Origin: Candidatus Spongiisociaceae bacterium
GTDB taxonomy: Bacteria; Actinomycetota; Acidimicrobiia; Spongiisociales; Spongiisociaceae
NCBI GenBank assembly: GCA_965262915.1
Contig: OZ253564.1
Coordinates: 3,616,001 to 3,680,000, forward strand
Direction: 5' to 3'
Length of the DNA: 64,000 nucleotides
Shown here in pieces: positions 29,234 through 39,581 of this stretch. A program made the position numbers and the translations under genes. A model generated the notes under the pieces. It saw only the letters and a list, made by a program, of their open reading frames with translations. It did not search any database and had not been told where the DNA came from. How positions within the stretch are numbered: position 1 is the stretch's first letter; every line of letters starts with the position of its first letter.

Positions 29234-31536
29234 GAAGCGTACGGTCCCTCCCCGCCATCTCGAGCAGCGAGCGCCGACAGTACCCGCTCCGGGGTTACGG
29301 GAAGGGTGGTGATGCTGAGTCCCACCGCGTCGAGCACCGCGTTGGCGACAGCCGGAGCCGGGAGCATTATGCTGGGCTCCCCTGCTCCTTTGGCACCGAA
29401 CGGTCCGGTCGGGTCGGGGCATTCGACGACGCACACCTCGATGGACGGCCCGTCGCCCGCGTACATCACCGCGTAGTCCATGAGGGTCCCGTTCATCAGG
29501 ACCCCGCCCTCGTCGACGATGAGTTCCTCTGTGAGGGCGAAGCCCAAACCTTGGTGGGTGGCGCCCTCGATCTGCCCTTCCACGATGGTCGGGTTGATCG
29601 CTCTCCCCACATCCTGGACTGCCAGCAGACGGTTTACGGTCACCTCCCCTGTCGCGACATCGATGTCCACCTCGGCGCAGTGAACCGCGTAGGTGGGGGC
29701 GTTCTCGAACTCCGTGTATGCAGTCTCTACGATGTCGAGCCCTCTCATGAGGGCTTTGCGGGCGATGTCAGCTATCGAGATGCTGTAGCCTGGCGCGCCG
29801 ATCGCGAAGATCAGCCCGGCATCGGCTGTCAGATCGGCAGCATCCACCTCCAAGTGGTCCGCCGCGATTTCCAGGAGTCGATCGCGTGCCCTCCTAGCTG
29901 CGGCGACGACCGCCTGGCCGCATCTATAGAGGGAGCGGCTTGCGTGCGCACCCGAATCGAAGGGCGTGGAGCCGGTGTCGGCCGATGTGGTCCTCACGTT
30001 CCCGACGTCGACCCCGAGCGTATCGGCGCAGATCTGCGCCAGCGTCGTTCTGATCCCCGTGCCCATCTCTATGGCTGCGACCCTCAGATCGACGGTGCCG
30101 TCGAGATTCATGCACACGGTCGCCCCGCTGAGGTCTATCGACCCGGGCTTGCCGGCAATACCGCTCTTCCAGGCTGTCATAGCCATTCCGCGGCCTCTTC
30201 GTAGGTGGCGTTCCGGTGGCGGATCGACAGGATTGCCCCATCCGAAGGCCTCGGTAGCGACACGCAGGGTCTCGTCGAATCCGGAGAGGTCGAGCGGCCG
30301 GCTCTGCGGACCCCAGGATATGCCGTCCCTCATCCGGTGACGCTGCCTGAACGAGACGGGATCGGCGCCCATCTCCCTTGCTGCGAGGTCCATCATGTGT
30401 TCGAGCGCGAACACCGACTGCGGTCCGCCATAGCCACGGAACGCGCCGGCGACCGGGGTGTTGGTGAACACGCCAACCACCTCGATCTCGGCGTTGACGA
30501 TGTCGTACGTCTGGAGGAACTGGTTGGCGATGACCCTGAGCACCCGTGGGCTGTGGCTCCGGTAGGCGCCGCAGTCGACCAGGCATCTGGCTCGGAAGCC
30601 GGTGATTACCCCGTGGGTCGAGAGAGCGATCGACACGTCCGCGACCATCGGGTGGCGCGACTCCGTACCCACGAAATCCTCGGTCCGGTCGAACACCAGC
30701 CGGACCGGCCTCTCCGTCACCAGAGACAGGGCTAGAGCGTAGGGCTCGGCGGTCAGGGCGTCACCCTTACCGAAGGCACCACCGATTTCGGGGTTGACCA
30801 CTCGCAGCCGGGATTCGGGAATGGAAAAGAGGTGCGCGAGCGTGCTCCGCGCCCGGTGTGGCGCCTGGTGGGGAGTCCACACGTCGATCCGGCCGTCGGG
30901 GGTCGGGATCACCAGGCATCCGGTGGGCTCGAGCTGGCATTGCTTCTGTCTCGGTGTTGCGAAGCGTCGTTCGAGAACTCGATCCGCATCAGCAAAGGCA
31001 GACCCCGGATCGCCGGTGACGACCCGCACCGTGTCGGCGACGTTCGAGGACATCGAGTCGTGAATGACGATCGCATCCGCCGACATGGCGTCCTCGATCG
31101 TCACCGCCGATCCGAGCGGCTGGTAACCGACATCGACACGGCTCGCGGCGGCTTGAGCCTCCTTCCGGGTGCGAGCCGCTACCGCCGCAACCGGCTCTCC
31201 CACGTAGCGGACCCGCCGACCAAGCAGCCGGCAGTCACCGGGATGGGGCTCGAAGGCGGGGTCCCGCTCGAAGTCGTGGCACGCGGGGTCGAAGGACCGG
31301 GTTCCAGGTGCGACCGCTTCGATGGTCAGGGAGGAAAGAACCGCCTCGACACCGGCTGCTGCACGGGCGGGGCCCTCGTCGACAGTTGCTACGGCATGGT
31401 TCGATAGGCTCCTGGCGAGTGCGGCGTGCAGCATGCCCGGCACCTGAATGTCCTCCACATACCTGGCTGTGCCGAGAACCTTCGACATCCCGTCAACTCG
31501 CTCGATGCGCTGCCCGACGAACCGGGTGCTACTCAT
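29230..31536 (-). CDS. Xanthine dehydrogenase-family molybdopterin-binding subunit
   Basis: IGGAFGKG, AFRGYGGPQ, EMGTG, INPTIVEGQIEG, GAKGAGEP. Confidence 0.95.
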   Translation of the reverse strand: MSSTRFVGQRIERVDGMSKVLGTARYVEDIQVPGMLHAALARSLSNHAVATVDEGPARAAAGVEAVLSSLTIEAVAPGTRSFDPACHDFERDPAFEPHPGDCRLLGRRVRYVGEPVAAVAARTRKEAQAAASRVDVGYQPLGSAVTIEDAMSADAIVIHDSMSSNVADTVRVVTGDPGSAFADADRVLERRFATPRQKQCQLEPTGCLVIPTPDGRIDVWTPHQAPHRARSTLAHLFSIPESRLRVVNPEIGGAFGKGDALTAEPYALALSLVTERPVRLVFDRTEDFVGTESRHPMVADVSIALSTHGVITGFRARCLVDCGAYRSHSPRVLRVIANQFLQTYDIVNAEIEVVGVFTNTPVAGAFRGYGGPQSVFALEHMMDLAAREMGADPVSFRQRHRMRDGISWGPQSRPLDLSGFDETLRVATEAFGWGNPVDPPPERHLRRGRGMAMTAWKSGIAGKPGSIDLSGATVCMNLDGTVDLRVAAIEMGTGIRTTLAQICADTLGVDVGNVRTTSADTGSTPFDSGAHASRSLYRCGQAVVAAARRARDRLLEIAADHLEVDAADLTADAGLIFAIGAPGYSISIADIARKALMRGLDIVETAYTEFENAPTYAVHCAEVDIDVATGEVTVNRLLAVQDVGRAINPTIVEGQIEGATHQGLGFALTEELIVDEGGVLMNGTLMDYAVMYAGDGPSIEVCVVECPDPTGPFGAKGAGEPSIMLPAPAVANAVLDAVGLSITTLPVTPERVLSALAARDGGEGPYAS

Positions 31537-32015
31537 GACTCGTCTCCCATGAGCACCGCGGAGACCGCGTCGACGATCTTCTCGTAGCCGGTACAACGGC
31601 AGAGGCTGCCTGAGAGACCCTCGGCGATGGCTTGGCGGGTGATCGGTCCACGATGGTCCGCCACAAGAGCGGCGGCTGCTACCAGGAATCCCGGGGTGCA
31701 GAAACCGCACTGGATGGCGCCCTTGAAGATGAACTCCTCCTGCAGGACGTGCAGGTTCGATCTGGATCCGAGACCCTCCACCGTCGTGATCTCGCGACCT
31801 TCCGCCTGGATGGCGAGCATGAGGCAGGACCGGGCAAGCTCACCGTCGATTAGGACGTTGCAGGACCCGCAGACACCTTCACGGCATCCGATCTTCACAC
31901 CTTGCTTACCCAGCCGCTCCCGCAGGGTGTCTACGAGTAGTTCGAAGGGGTCCGCAAAGAGGTCGTGCGATCTGTTGTCGACCCTCAGCGATAGGGAAAT
32001 GGCGGGTTCATCCAC
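31533..32015 (-). CDS. (2Fe-2S)-binding subunit of a molybdenum hydroxylase
   Basis: GCREGVCGSC, QCGFCTPG, LCRCTGY. Confidence 0.95.
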   Translation of the reverse strand: MDEPAISLSLRVDNRSHDLFADPFELLVDTLRERLGKQGVKIGCREGVCGSCNVLIDGELARSCLMLAIQAEGREITTVEGLGSRSNLHVLQEEFIFKGAIQCGFCTPGFLVAAAALVADHRGPITRQAIAEGLSGSLCRCTGYEKIVDAVSAVLMGDES

Positions 32016-32139
32016 GTGTTCGACTCCGCGCCGGTTCGAGACCGAGCTTTACAATAGCCTTCGTCGCCTGTCTGGGCGGGCCGTTACGCACACCCGCCGA
32101 TCTGCAGCGGAACTCATCGGAGATTAGGAGGGTCACAGG

Positions 32140-32922
32140 ATGGACACGGCACTGGACCTGTTCCGGCTGGACTCGAAGGTGGCGATGGTCACCGGTGGAA
32201 GCAAGGGCATCGGCCGCCACTATGCCGAGGCCCTCGTTGAGGCGGGCGCGCGCGTCGTCGTCGCAGATATTGACCGAGCCATGATCGAGAAGACGTCCGC
32301 ACAACTGGAAGCATCGTATCCCTCGCGGACCATGGGCATCTACCTCGACGTGACCGACCGGGAGCTTCTCGAAAAGGCTGTGCAGGAAATCGACCGGCGC
32401 TGGGGTGGGCTCGACATCCTGGTCAACAACGCCGGCCTTTACGCTGCTCTGCCCACCCGCGAGTCGGCGTGGGGCATTTCCGACGATGAGTGGGACCGGA
32501 TCCTCGCGGTGAACGTCCGCTCCATATACGCAACCACCGAGATCTGCCTGCCGCTGCTGAAGAGAGGGGGTTGGGGCCGGGTGATCAACATCTCCTCCGG
32601 TCTGGCCATTCGCGGTTCTCCCCGCCTCATCCATTATTCGGCCACGAAAGCGGCGGTCACGAACCTCACCCGCACGACCGCGCTGGCGGTCGCCGGGACC
32701 GGTATAACGGTGAACTCCATCGCGCCCGGTATGACCGCCAGTGACACGGCCCTTGCCGCTAGGGGCGCCGACTACTACAAGAAGCCGGTGGCGCCCCAGG
32801 TCATAGATCGGGTGGCCGTTCCGGCTGACCTGATCGGCACCCTCCTCTACCTGGCAACTCCCGCCAGCGACTTCGTGACAGGTCAGATGATCGTCGTGGA
32901 CGGGGGCGGTATCTTCCACTGA
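32140..32922 (+). CDS. Short-chain dehydrogenase/reductase
   Basis: TGGSKGIG, NNAG, YSATK. Confidence 0.93.
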   Translation: MDTALDLFRLDSKVAMVTGGSKGIGRHYAEALVEAGARVVVADIDRAMIEKTSAQLEASYPSRTMGIYLDVTDRELLEKAVQEIDRRWGGLDILVNNAGLYAALPTRESAWGISDDEWDRILAVNVRSIYATTEICLPLLKRGGWGRVINISSGLAIRGSPRLIHYSATKAAVTNLTRTTALAVAGTGITVNSIAPGMTASDTALAARGADYYKKPVAPQVIDRVAVPADLIGTLLYLATPASDFVTGQMIVVDGGGIFH

Positions 32923-32935
32923 ACCGCAGCCACCT

Positions 32936-33958
32936 TCACCACAGGACCAGCGAGTCCGACAGGAGAAGATCGGGATCCCCGTGTCTGGCGGCCGCCGCCC
33001 GGACGGAGGGATGATCGAGCGTCAGGAGACGACCACCGTCAACCAGAACCTCCCCGTCGACCGTGATGGTGGGCCGGTCGAACTGGCAGTCGCAGTGGGC
33101 CCGACCCGGACCGACCCGGTCGGCAGCATCAAGCGAGTCGATCCCGAAGTAGAACGCACCGGCATGCTTCTCGCGCTCGAACTGCGGGGCGCCTCTCAGC
33201 CGAACCTTGGGGTTCAAACCGATGAAGGCATGGCGAAGGTAATAGCCACGGCGTGAGAAGACTTCGAGATCGCGCGCCTCGGTCCCTCCCGCTATGTCGA
33301 CCACCGAATTGTCCTCGAATCGGATCTTGAGTGGTACAGCCGGGACGCCGGTCACCGTGGACTCCTCGATCACCGCTGTGCCGGACGTGTGCTCCGGATA
33401 CCAGTTCACCCCGCCATAAGGGAAAGGAGACCAGGATCCGGGCACTTCGAGCGGACCGTTGTCGGTATCGAACCGCATGCGACCGAATCGGATATCGGTA
33501 CCGTATGAGGTAGTCACCCGGATCTCGGAGGAGCCGACGACACGGTCGAGCACGCGCCTCTTGATCTCATAGAAGACCTCTGATGGAAACCGCGCTCCCG
33601 TCGTGAACGCTCCGAGTGTCGCGGTCTGGTGTAGGGCGGCGAGCCTCGATCCGAGCCGCCCCAGTTCCGTGAAGAAGAGCGGTCTTGTATGCACCTCGGC
33701 CCACCACGCGCAGGAGATGACTACGTCGGCTGCCTTCCACGCGGCCACGACGATCGGGCTCGGATCGGCCAAACCCATACCGCCGGGTTTCCATGGGTCC
33801 ACATAGAGGGTGGATACATTCCCTCCGTTGAGAGCAGCAGCCGAAGTGATGGCTCCGATGACCTCCGGGTGCACGGAGTGCTCGGCCAGAACCAGGACGT
33901 ACTCGCCGGCGGTCAGCGAAACGTAGTCCATGAGATTCTTTGCTCCGGCCATCAGCAC
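32936..33958 (-). CDS. M29 aminopeptidase / NicX-like metalloprotein (paralog 2)
   Basis: IRVTTSYGTDI, HAFIGLNPK, ERE, HCD...PTITVDG. The frame is open further upstream. Confidence 0.6.
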   Translation of the reverse strand: MLMAGAKNLMDYVSLTAGEYVLVLAEHSVHPEVIGAITSAAALNGGNVSTLYVDPWKPGGMGLADPSPIVVAAWKAADVVISCAWWAEVHTRPLFFTELGRLGSRLAALHQTATLGAFTTGARFPSEVFYEIKRRVLDRVVGSSEIRVTTSYGTDIRFGRMRFDTDNGPLEVPGSWSPFPYGGVNWYPEHTSGTAVIEESTVTGVPAVPLKIRFEDNSVVDIAGGTEARDLEVFSRRGYYLRHAFIGLNPKVRLRGAPQFEREKHAGAFYFGIDSLDAADRVGPGRAHCDCQFDRPTITVDGEVLVDGGRLLTLDHPSVRAAAARHGDPDLLLSDSLVLW

Positions 33959-34624
33959 CGGCGTCAGCCCGGGACCCGGCGGGTTGAGATCGACGTAGGC
34001 TCGGGGCTCTATACTGCCGCCTCCAATCGGTATGTCAACCAGAGCTTCGATCGTAATCGGAGACCCTGACGAGCAACTCCCCGGTTCGTGTACCGGGTTC
34101 CGAGCTGCCTTGGTCTATCCCTGTATAGGTTACTCCGGTGCTCGTCCTGCAGCCGACACCGTGAGCCATCTCAACGTCGAATCCTGATTGTGGGTGCTGC
34201 GGGATCGTCACTCTCATAGCGCGGTGCGCACCGCTTGCGCTTGCCGGCCATGAGTCGCTTCGATGGTCCTTGCCAGGCGGACCCGATGGTCGGCTGGACC
34301 GAAGAGGCGTCTGCCTCGACTCCTGCTCGAGACCGTCCAGCCTACGAGGAGCTCTGCCTACACGCCTTGGTGGAGCACCCGGAACGAACGGGGTGGGGCC
34401 GGGATGACTTCCTCGGTCTTCGGCATTTGCGACCGGGCCATGAGGTTCCCCGGCGGATCCTTCCCGAGCAAACAGGAAGTACGAACAAACCGGCCGCAAC
34501 CAGCACAGCGACACGGCTAACTTAGGTCGGCAAGGCGTAACCAGAGCCCCGGCGCGAGCGGCTTGGACGGCAGGCCTGGGCGCGGTGGCGGACTCATCCA
34601 CCAGAATCGACGGAGGTCAGGAGA

Positions 34625-35659
34625 ATGCCAACCATGAAGGCTGCACAGGTTCACGAAGACCTGAGCTTGAACGTGAACGAAGTGGAGAGACCCTCGCCAG
34701 GTCCGGGCGAGGCGCTGGTCCGACTGCATGCGGCGGGGGTATGCGCCACCGATCTGCATGTCCTCGAGGGCATGATCCAGCCCGACGAGTACCCGATGAC
34801 GGTAGGGCACGAGGGGGCCGGTGTCGTGGTCGAGGTGGGTGAAGGAGCCGCGGTTTCCGTCGGCGACCGGGTAGCCGTCTACAACAAGATCTTCTGCGGT
34901 GCGTGCGAGCAGTGCCTGGTCGGGCGCCAGAACATATGTGACAACGAGCCCGGGCAGTTCGGCTTCAACCTGGACGGAGAGTACGCCGAGTACGTCAACG
35001 CTCCTTCCCGGAATCTGGTCGCCCTACCCGACAATGTCGATTACGGAACCGCCTCGGTGCTCGCCTGCGCCGGCATGACTGCGGTTCATGCGGCCCGGCT
35101 CTCCAATCTGAGCGTCGGAGAGACAGCCGTCGTCAACGGGATCGGGGGGGTCGGCTCGATGGTGCTCCAGGTCGCTGCGCTGGCCGGGGCACGCGTCCTC
35201 GCAGTCGCCGACACCGAGGACAAGCTGGAACTCGCCAAGTCGTACGGCGCGGCCGGGGGCCTGGTGGTCCCCGATGCCGAAGGGTACGACGAGTTGCCCG
35301 ACCGCATCCGGACTTTGACCGGAGGAAGGGGCACCGACCTCTTCTTCGAGCTGGTCGGCACCACGAAGACCATGCTCGCCGGAGTCCGCTCCCTGGCCAA
35401 GCATGGAAGATTCGTGTCCACCGGATACACCGGCGAGTCCCTGGAAATACACCCGATCGAGTTCATCCTTCCCGAGATCGTCTGGGTTTCCACGGTGGCG
35501 GCCACCGTCCGCGACCTCTCCGATGCCATCCGCCTCGCCGCCGACGGGCATATCTCGGTACCCATAGCTGCCACGTACCCGCTTGACGGCGCGGCGGAAG
35601 CACTGGAGAACCTGAGGCAGCGACGGGTGCTCGGCCGCCAGATCCTTGCCTTGGCATGA
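34625..35659 (+). CDS. Zinc-dependent alcohol dehydrogenase
   Basis: GVCATD, GHEGAG, CGACEQC...C, GIGGVG. Confidence 0.95.
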   Translation: MPTMKAAQVHEDLSLNVNEVERPSPGPGEALVRLHAAGVCATDLHVLEGMIQPDEYPMTVGHEGAGVVVEVGEGAAVSVGDRVAVYNKIFCGACEQCLVGRQNICDNEPGQFGFNLDGEYAEYVNAPSRNLVALPDNVDYGTASVLACAGMTAVHAARLSNLSVGETAVVNGIGGVGSMVLQVAALAGARVLAVADTEDKLELAKSYGAAGGLVVPDAEGYDELPDRIRTLTGGRGTDLFFELVGTTKTMLAGVRSLAKHGRFVSTGYTGESLEIHPIEFILPEIVWVSTVAATVRDLSDAIRLAADGHISVPIAATYPLDGAAEALENLRQRRVLGRQILALA

Positions 35660-35679
35660 AGTAAGGGAGGAACAGGAGC

Positions 35680-37197
35680 ATGACAGTCATAGAACGTCCC
35701 AGCATCGACTTCCTGACCCGGCCCAAACGGCTCTTCATAGGCGGTGAATGGGTCGACGGGACCGACTCCTTCTTGACCAGTGACCCCGCCACCGGGGAAG
35801 TGCTGGCCGAGATACCGATCGCCGGCCAGCACCAGGTCGACCAAGCTGTAAGAGCAGCGCAGCACGCGTTCGACAACGGCTGGCGGGACATTGCGCCCAC
35901 CGAACGGCAACGGCTCATCTGGAGACTGGGTGACCTTCTGGAGGAGCACAAGGACGAGTTCGCGGTTCTCGAAGTCCTGGACAACGGCAAGCCGCTGTGG
36001 GAGGCCGAGCTCGTCGACATCGCCCTGTCGATCGAGATCCTCCGCTACTACGCCGGCTGGGCCACCAAGATCCATGGTGATCTCCTGCCGAACAGCATTC
36101 CCGGACTGATCAGCCTTCGCAAGCGCGAACCGATCGGCGTGGTCGGGGCGATCGCGCCGTGGAACTTCCCGCTGCTGGAGATCATCTACAAGATCGGTCC
36201 CGCACTGGCGGCCGGGTGCACCATTGTGGGCAAGCCGGCCACGTGGACACCGCTCACCACCCTGCGGTTCGCGGAGTTGGTCAACGAGGCCGGGATCCCG
36301 CCGGGAGTGATCAACATCGTCACCGGTCCGGGTCCCGAAGTGGGCGGCGCCATCGCTTCCCACCCTGGGATCGACAAGGTTGCATTCACCGGCCAGACCC
36401 AGACCGGCCAGGAGATCCTGAGGAGGGCGATCCCGACTCTCAAGCGCGTCTCGTTGGAGTTGGGCGGCAAGAGCCCGAACGTGGTATTCGCCGACGCCCA
36501 CCGGGAAGCGGCCATGGCCGGCGCCTTCGGCGGGGCCTTCTTCAACCAGGGCCAAGCATGCGTGGCCGGATCCCGACTCTTCGTCGAGGAATCGATCGCG
36601 GATGGTTTTGCGGAGGAGTTAACGCAGAAGGCTAAAGGGGTACGGCTCGGTCAGGGCCTGAACCCCGACTCCCAGATGGGACCTCTGGTCTCGGCCGCCC
36701 ACCGGGAAACCGTCAAGGGTTACATAGCCGCCGCCGACGACGGGGGAGCCGACATCGTCACCGGCGGACGCGAGGCTACCGTGGAGGGTCTCGAGGGCGG
36801 CTACTTCCTGGAGCCCACGGTGGTGGACGGGGTCACCAACGACATGACCGTCGCCCAGGAGGAGATCTTCGGGCCGGTAGTGTCGATCCTCCGTTTCTCG
36901 GATTGGGACGAACTCATCTCGCTGGCAAACGACATCCGCTACGGACTGGCGGCCGGGGTATGGACCTCGGACATCAATAAGGCACTGAAGTTCGCCGACG
37001 CGGTACGGGCAGGCACGGTATGGATCAACACCTACGGCATGTTCGACGTGGCGGTCCCCTTCGGCGGCCAGAAGATGTCCGGCTTCGGCGGGCGCGAGCT
37101 TGGTGAGGAGGCGCTCGACGCCTACCTGCAGGCCAAGTCGATCTGGATCGATACGGAGGCGGTGATCCCGACCCAGGGACAGGGCATCTCCCGCTGA
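35680..37197 (+). CDS. Aldehyde dehydrogenase
   Basis: PWNFP, LELGGKSP, FFNQGQAC, EEIFGPV. Confidence 0.96.
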   Translation: MTVIERPSIDFLTRPKRLFIGGEWVDGTDSFLTSDPATGEVLAEIPIAGQHQVDQAVRAAQHAFDNGWRDIAPTERQRLIWRLGDLLEEHKDEFAVLEVLDNGKPLWEAELVDIALSIEILRYYAGWATKIHGDLLPNSIPGLISLRKREPIGVVGAIAPWNFPLLEIIYKIGPALAAGCTIVGKPATWTPLTTLRFAELVNEAGIPPGVINIVTGPGPEVGGAIASHPGIDKVAFTGQTQTGQEILRRAIPTLKRVSLELGGKSPNVVFADAHREAAMAGAFGGAFFNQGQACVAGSRLFVEESIADGFAEELTQKAKGVRLGQGLNPDSQMGPLVSAAHRETVKGYIAAADDGGADIVTGGREATVEGLEGGYFLEPTVVDGVTNDMTVAQEEIFGPVVSILRFSDWDELISLANDIRYGLAAGVWTSDINKALKFADAVRAGTVWINTYGMFDVAVPFGGQKMSGFGGRELGEEALDAYLQAKSIWIDTEAVIPTQGQGISR

Positions 37198-37496
37198 CCC
37201 GTCGCGGCCCGGCCTGCAGGCGCACCCGGGTATGGCTACTCGGCCAGACGGTTTCCAACGGCCTGAGAGTTGAGGACGCCTCCCAATGGTCGGTCTGTGG
37301 AATGGCGGCGTGGTATGCGTCCCCAGGGGCGTTCCTCGCAAGGCCCGCCGACGAAGGCGTACCCGCAGCGGTACGTCGAGGAGGTGGAACCCAGCGAGGG
37401 GCGTCGGTGGCAAGCAGAGCGCGCCAGGTTGTCTCGCAGACAGACCACTAGCGATCATCTATCGTTCCGGGGCAACAGGAGCGAAGGAGGCTTGGG

Positions 37497-38357
37497 GTGG
37501 ACAAACTCGTACAACCTGACTGGCTCGAGGAAAACCTAAGCGCCCCCGACCTGCGCATCCTCGACTGCTCGGTGGTATTCGAGAGGATCGACGGGGTTCT
37601 CAACATCGAGAGCGCTCGGGAGCGCTGGAACCAGGAGCACATACCCGGGAGCGTTCACGTCGACCTGATGACGGAGCTATCCGACGAGACCTCCGAACTC
37701 GGGTTCATGATGCCGTCCAACCAGCAGATCGTATCCGTGATGCGCAGGGTGGGTGTCGGAGAAGGAACCAGGGTCGTCCTCTACGATTTCGACAAGAACA
37801 TGTGGGCCGCGCGGGTCTGGTGGATGCTCCACTCCCTGGGTTTCGACAGCGCGGGGATCCTGGACGGGGGTCTGCGCCGCTGGAAGGCGCAGGGTCGTTC
37901 TGTCAGCACCGAACCCGCTCCTCAACATCCGGAGGCCACGTTCGTGGTTCGCCCGCGACCGGGGATCTTCGTGGGAAAGGACGAGGTGCTCGCCGCGATC
38001 GGAGACGACGATGTCGCCATCGTCGACGCCCTCCCCCCGGCCTTTTACAGCGGCTCGGTCAACGAGTACGGGCGCCGCGGCCATATCCCGACCGCCGTCA
38101 ACGTGCCCGCCGGATACCTTGCGGACCACCGCACCCATGCCTACGCCGAGCCTGACGAACTCCGGCGCCTGGCCGCTCCGGCCCTCGAGTCCGGGACCGG
38201 CAAGACGATCGCCTACTGCGGTGGAGGCATCTCCGCAGCGAGCACAGCTTTCGCGCTGTCGCTCCTCGGGGTGGAGCAGGTATCGATCTACGACGGCTCG
38301 CTGGGCGAGTGGGCAGGCGATCCTTCGTTGCCTCTCGAGGTCTCACCAGCCGGATGA
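37497..38357 (+). CDS. Two-domain rhodanese sulfurtransferase (SseA/MST-like)
   Basis: HIPGS, AARVWW, LDGGL..W, GHIP, YCGGGISA, YDGSLGEW. Confidence 0.93.
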   Translation: MDKLVQPDWLEENLSAPDLRILDCSVVFERIDGVLNIESARERWNQEHIPGSVHVDLMTELSDETSELGFMMPSNQQIVSVMRRVGVGEGTRVVLYDFDKNMWAARVWWMLHSLGFDSAGILDGGLRRWKAQGRSVSTEPAPQHPEATFVVRPRPGIFVGKDEVLAAIGDDDVAIVDALPPAFYSGSVNEYGRRGHIPTAVNVPAGYLADHRTHAYAEPDELRRLAAPALESGTGKTIAYCGGGISAASTAFALSLLGVEQVSIYDGSLGEWAGDPSLPLEVSPAG

Positions 38358-38390
38358 TCGATCCCGGTAGGTCTGCGGGAGAGGACACCA

Positions 38391-39581
38391 GTGGACGCTG
38401 ACGGGACAGCCCGGGCGGCGATCGAGTCGGTGGATCTGGGCCTCGCCGTCGACCTGTGCCGGCAGGTGTCGCGCATCCCCAGCGTCCTCGGCGAAGAGGG
38501 ACCGCTGGCGGAGTTCATCGCCGGCACGCTGCGGGATCTGGGGTTCGAGAAGGTGGAACTCCAGCCGGTCCTGCCGGAGCGACCCAACGCGATAGGAGAG
38601 CTGTCTTTCGGTCCCAGCCGGCGGGTGGTCCTCACTGGGCATCTTGACACCAAACCCGTATCCCACGGCTGGACGGCTGCGGAGCCGTACTCCGGTGACC
38701 TGGTGGATGGCCGGGTGTACGGCCACGGGATCATGGACATGAAAGGGGCCCTCGCCTGCCAGATCGTGGCGCTTGCAGGACTGAAGGATGCCGGGCTGCC
38801 CCTCACGGGAACCGCGGGCTTCGCTGCGGTGTCGGATCACATGGGAGACCAGCGGGGTTCGATCACCTACTTCGAAACTCATCCAGCAGATCTGTGCGTG
38901 CTCGGAGAGTTGAGCGAGAGCACCATCTGCCTGGGCCATCGAGGTCGGTACTACTTCGACGTGCATGTCTACGGACGCTCCGCCCACACCTGCCACAAGC
39001 ACGACGCCGTCAACGCCAATTACCTGGCGGCGCTGGCAGTCATCGAGCTGGACCGCTCCCGGCTGGAACCCGAGCTGGAACCCTGGGTGGCCGATCTGTT
39101 CGGCAGGGAGACCTTCATGTCCCCCGGCCGTATCTACGGGGGCCTTCCGCCGGGCGGACCTTCCATGATCCCGGACGAATGCGTGATCAGGGTGGACTGC
39201 CGACCCCAGCCCGGTGTCAGCAAGGCCACGGTCAGAGCCGAGATCAACCGGGCCCTGGCCGCCGCGGCGGAGAAGGACAGCCGGTTCAGGGCCGAGGTGA
39301 TGCTCGCCGATGAGAAGGCCGGCCACCTCGTAGATCGGGACTCAGAGGTGGTGAACCTGATGCGGGAAGCGGTACGGGCCGCGCGACCGGGGCAGGAGCC
39401 GTCGGTCCGGGTGGAGGGCTGGCTGGGGGACACGTCCAGCTTCGGACCGCTGGTCGAGACGGTGATCTTCGGTCCCGGCGGAGAGCCGGTCTACTCGGCC
39501 GACGAGAACCTCTCGGTCGAAGACATCCACGACGCCACGAAGGTCTACGCAGCCTTCGCCGCCCTGGCCCTTTCGGCATGA
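38391..39581 (+). CDS. M20 family (ArgE/DapE-like) deacylase
   Basis: GHLDT, YGHGIMDMKG, GRSAH, FGPG. Confidence 0.88.
   Translation: MDADGTARAAIESVDLGLAVDLCRQVSRIPSVLGEEGPLAEFIAGTLRDLGFEKVELQPVLPERPNAIGELSFGPSRRVVLTGHLDTKPVSHGWTAAEPYSGDLVDGRVYGHGIMDMKGALACQIVALAGLKDAGLPLTGTAGFAAVSDHMGDQRGSITYFETHPADLCVLGELSESTICLGHRGRYYFDVHVYGRSAHTCHKHDAVNANYLAALAVIELDRSRLEPELEPWVADLFGRETFMSPGRIYGGLPPGGPSMIPDECVIRVDCRPQPGVSKATVRAEINRALAAAAEKDSRFRAEVMLADEKAGHLVDRDSEVVNLMREAVRAARPGQEPSVRVEGWLGDTSSFGPLVETVIFGPGGEPVYSADENLSVEDIHDATKVYAAFAALALSA

Noticed and set aside
34035-34600. Possible degraded small gene between the NicX-like gene and ADH
   Set aside because: Several stops and no motif I can confidently assign.
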